Positions 1 to 13,408 of a stretch of DNA of 64,000 nucleotides are shown here, one piece after another. A program made the translations under genes and the position numbers. The notes beneath the pieces were generated by a model. It did no database searches. It saw only the letters and a program-made list of their open reading frames with translations, and was not told the DNA's origin. Source of the stretch: Macrostomum lignano (taxonomy: Eukaryota); assembly GCA_002269645.1 (NCBI GenBank), contig NIVC01000070.1:124001-188000 (forward strand), given 5' to 3'. Positions within the stretch are counted from its first letter, which is position 1, and each line of letters opens with the position of its first letter.

Positions 1-46
1 TCAAATATTTTCATTTCTATCAAGTTTGTCTGAAATGATCGCCTAC

Positions 47-3000
47 CTGTTTGTGAAAGTTTGCCAGTTGTTGTCGACTCCGGAGCAAAGCTGGTATCTG
101 ATACGATTTTTGTAGTTGCTGGCGAACTTGGGCTGCTGACAACAGCGCGTGCTGTGCTTGATGAAGTCTGTTTCGAGCTGGTTGTGGCCGGTTCTGCGGA
201 TATTTCAATAGCATTAGTTACATGACGATTGAGTAGTACATCGTAGCACTTACTATATCTCAGAGAAAGAACATTAAGCAAAGCATTTTAACGCACCAAC
301 ACTATCACCAACGCTGTACTGCAACCGAAAACCAAGTCCGTTCGTATTATTTCCTGCAACATTTCCAGTTATAAAAACTACTGTCAAGATGTTCGACAAA
401 GTCACAAACTTTTTCGGCCATGTGGAGGCGCCACCTCGAATTGTGACTAATGTGATGTCGTCTGACCCTTTGTAAAAAGCAATAGAGTCATAGTTGGACG
501 TCAAGTTCAAGTAGATCAAGTTGGCTGAGATTTGAATTCCAGGTTTACCGACAAACTGCCATTTGCATGACACTCCGCTTATGTAAGGCAATGCACCTGC
601 ATCTTGGTGGCTGCTGATCTCACCGCTTCCACCAGTTATCAGCTTGTATTTTTCGCAAACTGAAGTAAATTTACAAAGCATGTCATCTTTGAACTGAACA
701 GTACAATCTCTATGGTAAATGTTTGTACAGTATTTTCCCGCTTTCGTCTATGCGAACTGCACACTGACTATGCAAATGCGGGGTGATCGGGGTCGGGGTA
801 CTGGACTGCCCAGAGCTTGCCGAGTGGGATAGGTGTGAGAGCCGTGACCCCGGAGGCGTAAATACATTCCGACGCGGAAGTGAGTGGGCTGGCACGGACA
901 CTCGTACAGCCCTACGACAAGAAGATTTAGCGTCAATTAATAGTACTCTGCAAAATTGCACGTTGTTTGACCGTTCGACAGAAACCATTAACGGAATTGT
1001 ACACTTTTTATTATCAAAGAGTAAACTTCCTTTCTGCAAAGAACAGATAAATGTTTACTACTGCTAAATATTTCAAATACACTTGTAATGCCTTGATTAA
1101 TCGAGAACACAAGGACTACAAGGGAGGTGCGGATGATGAGATAGCGAGCAGGTAGCCACTCAGTAGCATCAGAGAGGTGGACACAGGTGTGAAGGCGTGT
1201 ACAGACACTTTGCATGCCCGAGTGAAGACTGCGACGGGAGAAAATAATTTAGGAGATAGAAAAAATAAATGTAGAGTATAACGCTTTGAATTACCGGTAG
1301 GGGTTATTCGCTGAGCTCATGATTTCGCTGATTTCGTTTCGCTTCGATATTTCTGTTAAATATTTAACTTTAGGGACAAACAAGCACGCAAAAGGTTAGA
1401 GTGGTAAAGAGAGCGGTTATGGCGAGAGCACGGCTACGGCCGGGCGCGCACATATATGCTGCCCCAGTTGGAATGAGAGCATGGAGCTGGGTGGGGCTAG
1501 GGCACGCAGAGAAAGAAGGAAGAATCAGGTGCCTTCGCGGCTTGTGATTTGATTGGACGAGCCCAAACGAGAGAAAAACCGAAAGGGGACAGCCAATGAA
1601 AATACAACGAGAGAACTAAAATGAAAACAACAATTGCAGCTTTAAGATGATGGACAGACCAGAATGACCAAGCGGCAGTGAGAGAAGCGGCAGGCACAGC
1701 TTACAACACACGTTCATGTACGAGTGTAAGTACGCTCGTACGTTTAAATATGCTCGTAGACACATTTTAGCAGATCCCAATGTACACAAAACTCACAGGT
1801 ATCTGAAGCTTCGTATTTCATCTTGATTCCGAGTGATCGACTACTACTGTGCGGAATGTATAGACGCACGGTTAAGACGTTTTCTGTCGTTATGAAATCC
1901 CGCGTTGTGTCCGAGAAGCTGCTCGATAAGGTGGCCAGAACTGTTGAACCATAGGCTCCGTCATACAGAGTGACGCTTTCATAGCGGGAAGTAATGTTAA
2001 AAAAGGTAAAGCGAGCCACCACTCGCTTTGAGGGAGAGACTCTGATCACCCAGTAGCAGTCCGAGTTGATCAAGAAGCCCATAATGCCTGCAGACGAATG
2101 GCTGGCCAGCTCTCCAGTGTCGTTGGTCAGGAGCTCCGTGCCTTGACAGACTGGTGGTGAGTAAAGGTAAATAAAAAAAATAAAAAAATGCTACTTCAAT
2201 TTTTAAAAAGAATCCTTTTAAAGACTGTGACGTGTCTGTATCAATTGTGCAAGAGGTACGTGATACCAGCTTAGTTGTATTGGATAAGACTGCGCTTGTT
2301 TATTGAAATAATTAAATCAACAACTGAAAGCTTTGCTCACATTTTTCGGTTGTGTTGTACTTCATCTCGAATCCAGGGCCTGTTCGACCCGACACAAAAT
2401 ATACAAGCATCGCATTTGACTTTGAAACGAAAATTCTTGAAATGACAGACTGAAAGTTACTGTGTCCATAGTATCTTGCGATTAATTGTGAGCCTTTAAT
2501 TCCTTCAGATATGCTGACATAGTCATAATAGTAGAGGCTGAATGATGTAATGTGAGCCACTACACTGTATCCCAATGGCGCAGTAATGGTCCAGTAGCAT
2601 CTCATATGTCTCAGATAGTTAGGGGATGATGAGTTCACATGGGCGGAAAACTTGCCTTGGCTGGCTTGAAGAATTTTCCGACCATCACAGACTGGAAACC
2701 GAAGCAACGATTGCATTTTTTATATTCCATCCTGGATTTCGCCTAATCCTCTGAATAAACTCTCACTTACAGTTCTCCACAATGCTGTATCGCATTCGAA
2801 AGCCGTGGTAACGCACACTGCCATCTGTTGTAAACCGGACCCTCATGCTGCTTGTGGTGGATCGGTATGCGACATCTGTGGGAATAGAAGTGCTGCTAAC
2901 CAAAGTATTTGAACCGCTGAGACCATCGTATAACGTGACTCTGTCGTATCCATTCTCTATTCTGCTGCTAGTAAACCAGGCGATTACTTGTTTGCCTGGC

Positions 3001-5034
3001 GACACAGAAATTTGCCAATTGCATGTCATAGAGTTCAAGTAGTGCGTTGTTCCAGCGTTAGTGTGACTAACTACTTCTCCGTTGTCGGAGTCCCATTTCT
3101 GAACGCTTGGACAAGCTGAAATGAAATGTATGATTTGGAAAACAAATAAAAGTTTCTTAATGGGTTTTAATCGTAGTGCATTAGAGAAAGTCACCGAACC
3201 TTGCTCGTAGTAAAACTGAATAGAGAATCCGATTGATTCATGAAGGTTGTCAGTTGTAAACGAAATATGCGCGTCTCCTGATGTCACCCAGTGTATGTTT
3301 TGGCCGAAACGGGTATTGCAATACTGCAAATTTCCATCACTTCCGGGCTCACTGGCAGTAGAGAAAAACTTCGTTACCATTTTTAGGCAGTCTCCCATGC
3401 CAATGCCGTAGGTTTCGATAAAGAGATAGATGTAGAATCCAGGGCGTTTGGGCAGTGTCCACAGGCAGGCTAAATTGGGCGCGTATGCGGACATGCTGGT
3501 GGCATTGTAGCCTTTGTGGCTCTCGATGACTCCCGACACGTTCGATGAATTTGCATAACTGATCGTTCCGCATGTGTTGTTAGCGGCTGAAAGAGGACAG
3601 TAATTTTTGTTTTTATAAGATATTCATTTTTGGTATAGTTGGATTATAGTACGCATACGTATTAGAAAAAAATATGCTTCACTCCAAAGTGACTTATTTT
3701 GTATGTTGCTGGTGCTATGCCTATTTTATCGTTGATAACCGCTACTATTTTTAACCGCTAAAGTTAGTGGACTCAACTCTAGGTAATGGTTATTAAAGTT
3801 AATGACTGCCTCAATGGGCTGATGAATTTGCGTTTTTTTTGTCGTCATGCATTGTCTTGTGTAAAGATTTTTTAAAGTAGTCCTTATTTTCTTACAATAA
3901 ATATTAACAATAGGAAGTACCATAAATATTTTTCAATAAAAATACTTAGTGTAATAGGGGCCGATCCACTTGCAATATGCTTATCCTATAGATGAGCATC
4001 GGTATCCAATGGATAATATCACGCGGCTGTTTAAGGCGTTTACTAAGAATGGTATTTGAGTAAAAATAAAGCCTAATTTATGTTTTACAAGCTGTTGTTG
4101 AAACCCGCGGATTTTGAACCCGGGGAATTCCAATCCCCAGAACTACTTTTGCATGTATTCTGAAATCTAAGACCATACACAAACAAATTAATGTTAGTAG
4201 GATAGAGGTAGACATAAAATGGAGCACATTCGTGTAAAATTATAGTTTGAGGCAAACGTTGACATTGTTTGCTGGGGTACTCCACAGAATGCCAGGCAAT
4301 GTCTGTCTGACTCTAAAACATGTATTGGCAAACTCTGGCCTCTCCCTGACTCTCCTATGTCCCTTGGATCCTTTAAAATTTCTATCGTCTCTCTGTTTCC
4401 TTTCTTCTCTCTCATTCCTTGTCTCTCGTCTCTCCTCTCTCTTCTCTCCTCTCTTCTCTCGTATCTTCCCTCATCACTCTTCTCTTTCATCTCTCTTATC
4501 TCATCTCTTCCCTATTCTTTTCTCTCTCCTCTCCTCTCTCCTCTCTCCCATCTTCTTTCGTATATTACCTCATCTTTCTTCTCTTTCATATCTCTTATCT
4601 CATCTCTTCCCTCTTCTTTTCTCTCTCCTCTCCTCTCTCCTCTCTCCCCCTCTTCTCTCGTCTCTTCCTTGTCCTCTCTATTCTTTTCTCTCTTCTCTTA
4701 ACTATCTCCTCTACTCTCTCATCTCTCCTCTCTACTCTTTCCTCTCTCTCTCCTCTCTCCCCTCTTCTCTCGTCTCTTCCCTCACCTCTTTCCTCTCTCT
4801 CTTTCCTCTCATCTCTTTTCTTGTTTTACCTCTTCTCTCTCCCCTCTTCTCTCGTCTCTTCCCTCATCTCTTTCCTCTCTCTCTTTCCTCTCATCTCTTT
4901 TCTTGTTTTATCTCTTCTCTCTCCCCTCGTCGCTCGTCTCTTCCCTCACCTCTCTTCTCTCTCGTCCGCTCTTTCATCTCTCCTTTCTCTTGTTTTATCT
5001 TTTCTCTCTTATCTCTTCTCGTTACTCTCTGCTC

Positions 5035-5071
<37 letters not shown>

Positions 5072-8000
5072 CCCATCTCTCTTCTCTCTACTCTCTCGCC
5101 TCTTCATTCTCCTATTTCCTCTTCTCTCTCCCTGTCTCTCCTCTCTCCTCTAGTCTCTGTAATCTCTTCTCTCTTATCTCTCCTCTGTTCTCTCTACTCT
5201 CCCATCTCTCGTCTGTTCATCTGCTCTCTCATCTGTCATTTTTACTCTCTTATACGTTCTCTCACTTATCTCCTCTGTACTCTTCTCTTTCACCTCTTCT
5301 GACTCCTCTCTTTCCTTACTCCTTTCTTCTTTTCTCTTCCCTCTTCTATACTCTCTCTCCTCTATTATCTTCTCTCGTCTCTCTGCACTCTCCTCTCACC
5401 TTTTTCATCTCTCATCTCTTCTTTCATCTGTCTCATCTCTACAATCTCATCTCTTTCCTCTCTCCTCCTCTTCCCTTTACTCTCTCATCTCTCCTTTCCC
5501 CCCTCTTCTTTCACCACTCTCTTATCTCTATCTCTTCTCTTCTCACTCCTCTATCCCCCTCTTATCTCCTCTCTTCTCTATCCTTTCTACTCTCTCCTCT
5601 CTAATCTCTCCTCTCCTCTTGACCCTCTGTCATCTTCTTTCTGCTCTCTCATCTCTACTCTCTTCTCAATCTTCTCTACTCTCCTCTCTCATCGATCCTC
5701 TGTCTCATCTCTCCCCTCTTCTCACCTTTACTCTTTCCTCTCCTTCCTTTCTCCCCTCCTCTCGCTTCTTCCTCCCTTCTTCTCTGCTCTCTCCTCACCA
5801 CTTTTCCTTTTCACTCTCATCTGGCCCGCAGCCATGAGCTGGATTTCTGGCCTTTGAGATAAAAATCTGCCAATCCCTGCTTCGAAAGTACTATCATGTT
5901 TGTTATCATTTCTCATGCTTTAATCACGTCATCTTTCTGGCCAATTGGCAGCCCTGAGAGGAATTTGTGTATCTCCATTCTCCAGCTCCACCACCACAGT
6001 CTGCAGCAGTCTAACAACCAAGGAAATACGCATTTCTTAGGAGGCCATTTAAATTTTAAAGTTACCTTATGCGAATCTTAATGTTAAAATTTTCATGGTG
6101 TAACTAATTTAGTAGGATTGCATTGTAATCAGTTATTCATTAATTTTTCGCTATTTTTATAAACCATCCCATATCACCTTGATTTGCCATCCTTGTTTAA
6201 CTGCTGCGACTTGTCTATACAGAGGACAGTGGTTTGAATCTCTCGCTAAACTCTCTCCTCTCAACGCCTCTCCACTCGCGGGGGTACAGAGACGGCTATT
6301 AAAAAGTTATTCCAAAACACTGTACATTCGCTATGTACATTGAGCCCTATCGCCTGATCATTCGTCTGGGGGAATGAGTTGGATGAGCGGCAAACAACAG
6401 AAAAAGCAGACAAACTTCACATGCTTACAGTTTCTTTTTCGGTTGAGTTACAGAGTTGAAACTTTACATTTAGATAGAGAATGAGTCAATGAAGAATTGT
6501 GTCAAGTTTGAAGTCAATCGCTTTACGTGGAGCAAACTTATGGCAGCTGAAAGTTAGTCAATTTTGAAACCCTTTTACACATCTGGGCCCAGATCGGGAA
6601 AGAGAGGCAGGCGGGCAGAGATTGGGGTGGTTGCTATGCTGAAAAAACAGCCTAACTTTAAAAGTGCACAGCGGCTTTCAGGATTAACTTTGAGATTTGA
6701 AACTTTACACGATTGTGTCAAAATAGTTGAAAATTGCCTGTGTCAAATTTGAAGAGAATCGGTAAAAGTGGAGCGGCGCTATGGAGGATTTAGTGAAAAA
6801 ATCGCGCATTTTGAGCAGTTTTTTGTACTTTTAGGTAGGAAGACTTGAGTCTAGGAAATTAAAAGGTAGCCTAAGACATTCTCCGTAGTAAGTTTAGGGT
6901 GGGTGTAAAGTTTGGTGTCATTTGGTTGAGCGGTTTGGGAGTCCATAGCGATCAAAATTGTCCACACACAGACACACAGACACACAGACAGACAGAGTTT
7001 TGATTTTTATATGTAGAGAGATATTTATACTTTTTTGCGATTGAATTCGTCCAAACTGCAAAACCTTTCGTCCACAAATGCTTTCTTAATGGGAGCTAAA
7101 TTTAGATCATACCATAGACAACTGTGTTCACGCAAAACGGTTCATCCAGTTTGTAAAACATTTCGTCCCCTAGACTAGAGACCGACCGAGTGTACTGTTC
7201 CTACCATAGTTAACACCCAATTGACAGTTCGCTTTTGCTACCACTACAGCTACAGCAACGCATATCTTCCATTCTGAACCCGGCAAAACAGTCGAAGATG
7301 AACCGAGGCCTGGCGGATGCACATTTTGAAGAGAGAGGTCGAAGCTGCACTGCACGTGATTACACAGGAGAAGTGCCAGCAATGGACCAATCACACTGTG
7401 GGTTACTACGGCCGCTGTTTGGACTACGAAGACATTTTGAACTAACATTCTAACAAGAGACACTGTTTTTGCTTTGTTCAATATCTCGTGATATCAAATA
7501 GTCGCTCCGTTTAGCTGTTAGCTGTTTGGACGAATGGTTTAGACGAAATGTTTTACAAACTGGATGAACCGTTTTGCGTGAACACAGTTGTCTATGGTAT
7601 GATCTAAATTTAGCTCCCATTAAGAAAGCGTTTGTGGACGAAAGGTTTTGCAGTTTGGACGAATTCAATCGCAAAAAAGTATACTTTGTTTTACGTCGTA
7701 TTAATTAACTATAGGTTTTGCTTACTGTTGTCAATTTCTTGAAGCCACACAGCAAACCCATATCCTCTATTGACACTGTCTGTGTTAAACCACACAGTGG
7801 CTGTGTTTGCTGAGGATATAATAGCGCCGTTAAAACTGCCGGAAGTACTGAGCAGAACAGCTGAACCGTTGGAGCCATCAAACACTGTCACTCTATCATT
7901 TGTCCGTGTATTGAAGTAGGTAAAACGAAAGGCGATTCTCTGTCCGACAGGAACGCTTACGTGCCAGTAGCAGCTCATGTTGTTTAAATAATATCTTGAA

Positions 8001-10847
8001 CCAACACCGTAGTGACTCCTTATTTGACTTCCTGTTTTTGTTGCTGTCACGTTTTCAAATCCGTAACAATCTGAAAAAAATATGTTTAAATATATGAGAA
8101 TTTTCAATAGAGACTCTAATCCGTATATGCGTAAATAATTAACTAGCTCGTAATAAGATAAAGAATCTGTAGAAATACACTAAAAACTTGACAACTTTCA
8201 ACTTAAAATCTATTAGCAAGTCAGAAGAAAGCTTTTAATCTCTTTATTAAGCAACTTTTTGAATTTTTCAGGGGTAATTGCATGGATTATTGTGTAGTCC
8301 CTGGTTAATCGTTTCAAAGCTTCGAATTGGATCTTATTCAAAGAACGCATTCTTGCTCTGGCTACAACTAGAAAACGGGGAAAACGAGATGCGACTTTCC
8401 TTTGATAGAAATAAAAATTTTCTGTCTCAATTATTTCTAGGTTTGTGGGCGTAGCATCTCTGCTTTAGTTGTCCATAATGTATAAAATGTGTTAAAATAT
8501 TCAAAACATTTTCTTGAAAAATTTTAAACTTACATAACTGGGTAAAGTTATAATGAAGTCGAAAGCCGAGACCTGAGTCTCGGCTATTTGTAGTAAATGT
8601 TACGCTGACAGCACGTGTTGTGGATTGAAACCCCGACGGCGAAGGCGAATAGCCCCTGCTGAGCGTTGCAATCGTGCTCGAAGATTCTCCCATGTTTCGA
8701 GCGCTGACGTAGTCATTGTACCCTAAATTAAAATAGGAAAACCAGAACCAAACCTGCTGACCAGGCGGTGCCGTAATGTACCAGACGCACTGCGCATTGT
8801 TCCAATAATAGTATTCTCTGACGCCACTGTGACTTACTACTTCACCTGTGCTATTAGTCAAGTTGCGGTTGTCTGGGCAGTCTGAAATTTGCATAAATAT
8901 TTCCATTTAATGAAGTCAGCAGAAAAAAAAGCAATACAAATATAGTTTATATTCAAAAGTACTTCAATAAGGTCGTCAAGAAAGTACACCATTCCACAGC
9001 GCACGTTGCAAGTACTGCATGTTCCTTTTTATCATATGTTGCTACAGAGGGCGCATGATGTAAATTTCGAGTTCTGTATCCGAATTCTGCATGGCTGGAA
9101 ATACTTAAAAGAATCACCCCAAATTATTATTTTACTGGTTTTAAACTCACATCTCACAGCGAATTCGAGTTCACAAAACCTGATACATAGCTGAGTAATA
9201 ATTGAATCTCATGATAGAACTCACAGTTTTGTAATTTAAACTTGATTTGAAAGCCCGTGGACTCATAAGCTCCATTGGAAATAAACCTGATGATGAAGTT
9301 GCCATCCACCTGAAGTGCCATGCCAGTAACAGCTTTCCAGCCGCACAAATTCACATTAGAACTGCCACCTGTCACTGACGCTGTGCCTTGATATACAGAC
9401 AGGCAATCTCCATTTCCGAGAGACACGTTGCCAACGTAGAGCTGGTAAAACTTTCCGGACACCGATGGCAAGGTCCAGCTGCAAGACATGCTTGCAGAGT
9501 ATAAACTGTGTTGGTCGTAGCCGGGGTGGCTGACAATCATTCCGGAAGAGTTGGAAGCGTCATCAAACGTGACTGGTCCGCACGCGCTGCTGTTAGCTGC
9601 AAAAATTTGGATTAAGCAAGAAGATGTCTGCCAGTTTTTCAAATTTAACTAATTAAAACCGTTGTCGTCGCCGATGAAACATCATATGTTATTACGTGTA
9701 CTAGCTATACTCCGATGATTGACAACAATTTACAGGTGTCTGCGATCAGGGCGATTTATTGATGGAGGGCAAAGCCAAGAACTTTACATCAATAAAACCC
9801 TACTTTAGGTTGGGAATCAGTCTTTTTAGCACTCATTTTAGCTAAATATTTGATTTCCATAAAGGCTCACAAAGTTGGGCGGGAGAAGAAAGAGCTGACA
9901 TGCCCCACCTAACTTTTACAAGGGTGGGGGGGCATGTACCGTTGTAACCTTCGGCGACGCACCTTTTTGCGAGAAATATTCAAATTTAACAAAATAAAGC
10001 AAAGATGATCATCCCTTCTATTCGCATCTATGTGCAAATACGGTATGATTCAATGACTTACAATCCTAAAACACAGGCAAACTTACCTGATACGGTAGCT
10101 TTATACTCTAAACAAAATCCTTTTCTGACGTATTGGCTATTCGAATAAAAATTCACTGTCAGAATATTTGCGGACGAAACGAACTTCGGCGACTCGTAGC
10201 CAACTGAGTCAGTCGCGCTAACGACTGCAATTTCGGATGACGTTGTCAGGCCGTCGTACAGAGTCACTCTGTCGTTTGGCGACTCGAGATCCATGTAGGT
10301 AAACCGGACTATGACTCTTTTGCCAGGCGGCGCATCCAGCTGCCAGTAGCACTGCGAGTTGCTGCTGTAGTTTGTTGTGCCGACTCCGCTGTGGCTGGCG
10401 ATTTCGCCACCGGCCTCAGCTGACAGCCGCTGGAGCCCGCCGCTGCAGTCTGATTGGTAATGGTTGGTCTAGTTAGTGAAGGACTAATGGCTTACTGATA
10501 TCGATGGAGTATCATATAGTAGCTGGTCGTGATGCTTAACTTGAGTAACTTTGACAAATTTCAAGAGCTAAAGTAGATTAACTACGGTGATGAAAATGCA
10601 GAAGTCAAACCGAAAAAAATGTTTGTAATAAAAAGCGCAAGTTATCAGCAGAAAACATGAGCAACTTACAGACAGTTTGACTGCCGCAATTTGGCAGAAA
10701 GATCAACAAGGCACAAGCAACGAAGCCAAGCTGCCAAAGTCGTTTTTCTGCGGCAGGAAAAAGTGGAAGATGAGTAATAAGCATGGTATTAAATAGTTTT
10801 GTTATTGAAAACCAAATATTTAACTTACTGCGTTCCTGGTAGGCCAT
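47..10847 (-). CDS. Gene A: multi-exon secreted/membrane receptor, signal peptide + 9 CUB domains + Ser/Thr-rich stalk; 3' end lies beyond left window edge
   Basis: Hand-built exon chain, all junctions GT-AG and phase 1: 10829-10847 (ATG, MAYQER), 10670-10747 (KKRLWQLGFVACALLIFLPNCGSQTV, signal-peptide-like), CUB exons 10087-10449, 9225-9596, 8534-8881, 7726-8070, 3200-3586, 2771-3115, 2341-2691, 1797-2150, 297-659, stalk exon 47-193 (PATTSSKQTSSSTARAVVSSPSSPATT...). About 1157 codons, no in-frame stop. Each CUB exon shows C...G.I.SH...Y.....C.W.I....G..V...F......D.V.LYDG......F.S....GF...Y. Confidence 0.9.
1084..1705. mobile_element. Probable solo LTR in gene A intron
   Basis: Begins TGTAA and ends TTACA; flanks ACACT (1079-1083) and ACACA (1706-1710) look like a 5-bp TSD with one mismatch; shares GAGAGAAAAACCGAAA with the Gypsy-2 LTR near 39905. 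Confidence 0.5.
4319..5879. mobile_element. Degenerate hAT-like non-autonomous element enclosing a CT-rich tract
   Basis: Left end CATGTATTGGCAAA vs reverse complement of right end CAGGGATTGGCAGA (11/14); GGCCCGC-type subterminal motif at 5823; flanks CTCTAAAA / CTTCGAAA (5/8) are a possible decayed 8-bp TSD. Confidence 0.45.
4340..5820. repeat. ~1.5 kb polypyrimidine/polypurine (CT-rich) low-complexity tract with (CT)n core
   Basis: Almost exclusively C/T on + strand; pure (CT)n run at about 5038-5066; the source of the spurious Leu/Ser-rich ORFs. Confidence 0.95.
6108..7021 (-). mobile_element. Non-autonomous Helitron (DINE-1/Lep1-like organisation), reverse orientation
   Basis: Minus-strand 5' end A|TCTCTCTACATATAAAAATCAAAAC resembles the TCCAATATACTAAAAATCAAAAC starts at 44893/49172; (CACAGA)n microsatellite 6965-6995; minus-strand 3' end GATTACAATGCAATCCTACTAA (imperfect hairpin + CTRR). 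Confidence 0.6.
7028..7681. mobile_element. Young MITE with 140-bp terminal inverted repeats, TA-flanked
   Basis: 7028-7167 is the reverse complement of 7542-7681 with only one mismatch noticed; TA at 7026-7027 and 7682-7683; internally repeated TTCGTCCA motif; no transposase. Confidence 0.85.
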
Positions 10848-10937
10848 ATCAAAATATTTCAGAACTCTCTGGATTTTTCTAAATCGGAAGAAAATTCTGC
10901 TGCACTTGTTTCTGAGAGATTTTCTCACAACAAGGGT

Positions 10938-12580
10938 TGCTTTATACTAAAAAAGTATTAGAAACATGGATGCTATTACTAGGCCTCGCATAGCGGGGCT
11001 TGACCGGGGTTTTACACAGAAATTAACAAAGCATTAAACAAAGCATCTTCAAATTGGTAGAATAAAAAAGATAAAAGAGCCTTTTTCAAATGGGTTTCAA
11101 GGCATTCGTTTGCGCGCAAACGCAAGTAGTGCTTACGAAGCAAACAGGCTATGATTCGTGTTCACTCTACGAAGCTGAGGCCATTTTGCATGGCTAAACT
11201 TTTTGAACTTTGACAATATAGTTTTGAGTAGAATCCGTAATTCTAAACAGGTTCATAGCTAAATTAAAAGCACAGTCGTAAAAGTACAGCCGTGCAACCA
11301 TCATAAAGTTGTGGATAGCTTAAGCCATGAATTTAAACGGTTAATCAACTTGACACCAACACACAGGCTTTAAAGTCGTCTCTGGAAGCTGGATATTTTA
11401 TTGAATGAAACATGGCGGCTTCTCATCCTTTTAAATAAAGGTCGAAATGTGGCATGCAGCAGAAAACTAATCAAATGCAGTACAAACATGATGGCCATAA
11501 CCGACTCAATAATCAAAGCTCGGTGCAATTTTACTTAAACCGCGGGGAAAGGAAAAGCGCAAAGACCAGAGGTGGCCGGAAACAAAACCTCTGCGCGAAG
11601 CAAAACTTGCGAACGAATTTATTGTTGCTAAGCATCGAAAGGTTGAAGAAAAAACGACAGAAAAAAATTGAGCACAAGCGGAGACTAGACATAAGAGCAC
11701 CCGCGCACGGAAGCTCCCCCCCCCCCAGTTTGAATGCCCTTACGACGCAGTTGCAAGGAAGACTTGCTTTATACTCAACAAATATATTAAAAAGTATTAG
11801 AAGCACGGATTCTAGAGGCGTTCTCTTAGCGTGCACTAATGCTTTTTCTCTCACTAAGGCTTACACAGAAATTTAAAAACAAATAAACGAACCATCTTCA
11901 AAAAGGTCGAAAGAAAAGAAATGAAAGAGCTGTTTTTTAAAGGGGTTTTAGGGCCCCACTATAGTGGGGTCTCGTATTGTAGCCGATTTTGAGCTCACAC
12001 AGAAAGAGTGCTCAAGAAGAAAACAAGGTATAATTCGCTTCAGCTCTACGAAAATAAGGCCATTTTGCCAGGCTAAACTTTTTGAACTTGGAAAACAGTT
12101 TAAGCAGAATCCGTCATTTTAAACAGATTCATAGCTGAATTAAGAATTTAGGGCACAGACTAAAGCTTGTATAATATTCATAAACGTTTTAGCTCGTAGA
12201 TAGCTTAAGCAACGAATTTAAAAGGTTTATCAACCTGACGCCAACAGAGAGGCTTTAAAGTCGTCTCCGGAAGCTGCTTAATTGACTGAAAGATTGCGAT
12301 TTCGCATCTTTTTAAATAAACATAGAAAAGTAGCATGCAGCAGCAAACTCATTAAATACAGAACAAGCATGATAGGCATGATCGACATATTAAATAAAGC
12401 TCGGTGTAAGACCAGCGGTGGCAAGAAGCAAAACGTCTGTGCAAAACAAAAACTTGAAAGTAATTTATTGCTCCAAAAATTAGATGGTCGAAGAAATATT
12501 AAGGAAAAAACTGAGCAAAAGCGGAGAAAGGACTAAACAACTAAATAGCACACACGCACGGCAGCTCTTCCAGCCCCTCC
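10938..12580. repeat. Old tandem duplication, two ~825-bp units, immediately upstream of gene A
   Basis: Units about 10938-11763 and 11764-12580 share colinear blocks (TGCTTTATACT, CATCTTCAAA, GGCCATTTTGC.GGCTAAACTTTTTGAACTT, GGCTTTAAAGTCGTCTC.GGAAGCTG, GCGGAGA); roughly 70% identity by eye. Confidence 0.75.
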
Positions 12581-13127
12581 ACCCAACGCATCAACTTCAG
12601 ACGCACATACACCTTTCCACGACCAACATGGTGGAAAGAGAGACACTAAGAAAGCAAGCAATATTTAGAACGCAAAACTAGAGGAGGAACGAAAAAAAAT
12701 TCCAAACACAAAACGGGGGGAGAGGACAGTAAAAGACAGGACTAAAAGAAAGCAAGGAGCTAAAACTACTCGTAAAAGATCGCAGACAAGCAATCAGTCA
12801 ATCCGCTGCCTGCACCGCTGCCCTGATGCGAAAAACAGCACAGCTGCGTTACCTGCGGCTGCTGGCCCTCGTAGAAATGAATCGCATTGCTCTTCCAAAC
12901 GCCAATGTCTTTGATGTCCTCGCTCGCGATTCCCGCACGCCTGGCGTAGCTGGCACCGCCTCAGCACAGGTTGTGTATTGAAAGGTGGTTTCTCGGAAGG
13001 CCAGTCTGGTGGGGAGAGCAAAGACAATTCGCACTGGCTACAAGCTGCAGTTGAGCTCATCAATTTCCCCTGACTGCAGGGTGGAAAACAGGGGCCATGT
13101 AGGAGGGGTATGTCTTTAGTGCAGGCT

Positions 13128-13408
13128 TAGGGGTCGGCCAACTCCGGCCCGCGGGCCGCATGTGGCCCGAGAAACCTCTGCATCCGGGCCTCGGGTCCAT
13201 GAAAACTTAATTAAATTAAATTAAAACTTAATTAAAACTTAACTAAATTAATTGCAATCCAGTCGGCTCAAGTTTAGTCTGAAATCTGAAAGCTTTATTC
13301 TTTTAATAATGTCCTTCTCTTTCTCTCCTCTCTCGTCTTCTCCTCTGGAATGCAGTTATACTTAGATTCTCTATCTAGCCATTAAGAGAAAAAAGTTTCC
13401 GACCCCTG
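13128..13408. mobile_element. hAT (Charlie/SPIN-like) MITE
   Basis: Ends TAGGGGTCGGCCAACT ... AAGTTTCCGACCCCTG; characteristic GGCCCGCGGGCCGCATGTGGCCC subterminal palindrome; TSD not recognisable. Confidence 0.65.

Noticed and set aside
2763-3539. Single 258-aa ORF spanning CUB5 and CUB6
   Set aside because: It reads through an 84-nt GT-AG intron (3116-3199) that happens to be in frame; the paralogous intron is 88 nt, so retention is not conserved.
4194-5916. Long Leu/Ser-rich and Arg/Glu-rich ORFs (up to 351 aa)
   Set aside because: They are by-products of the CT-rich tract, which lacks stop codons in several frames; no domain, no splice context.
47-10847. Naming gene A cubilin, tolloid/BMP1, CDCP1 or neuropilin
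   Set aside because: The required partner domains are absent or the domain count differs; no gene symbol is supportable.
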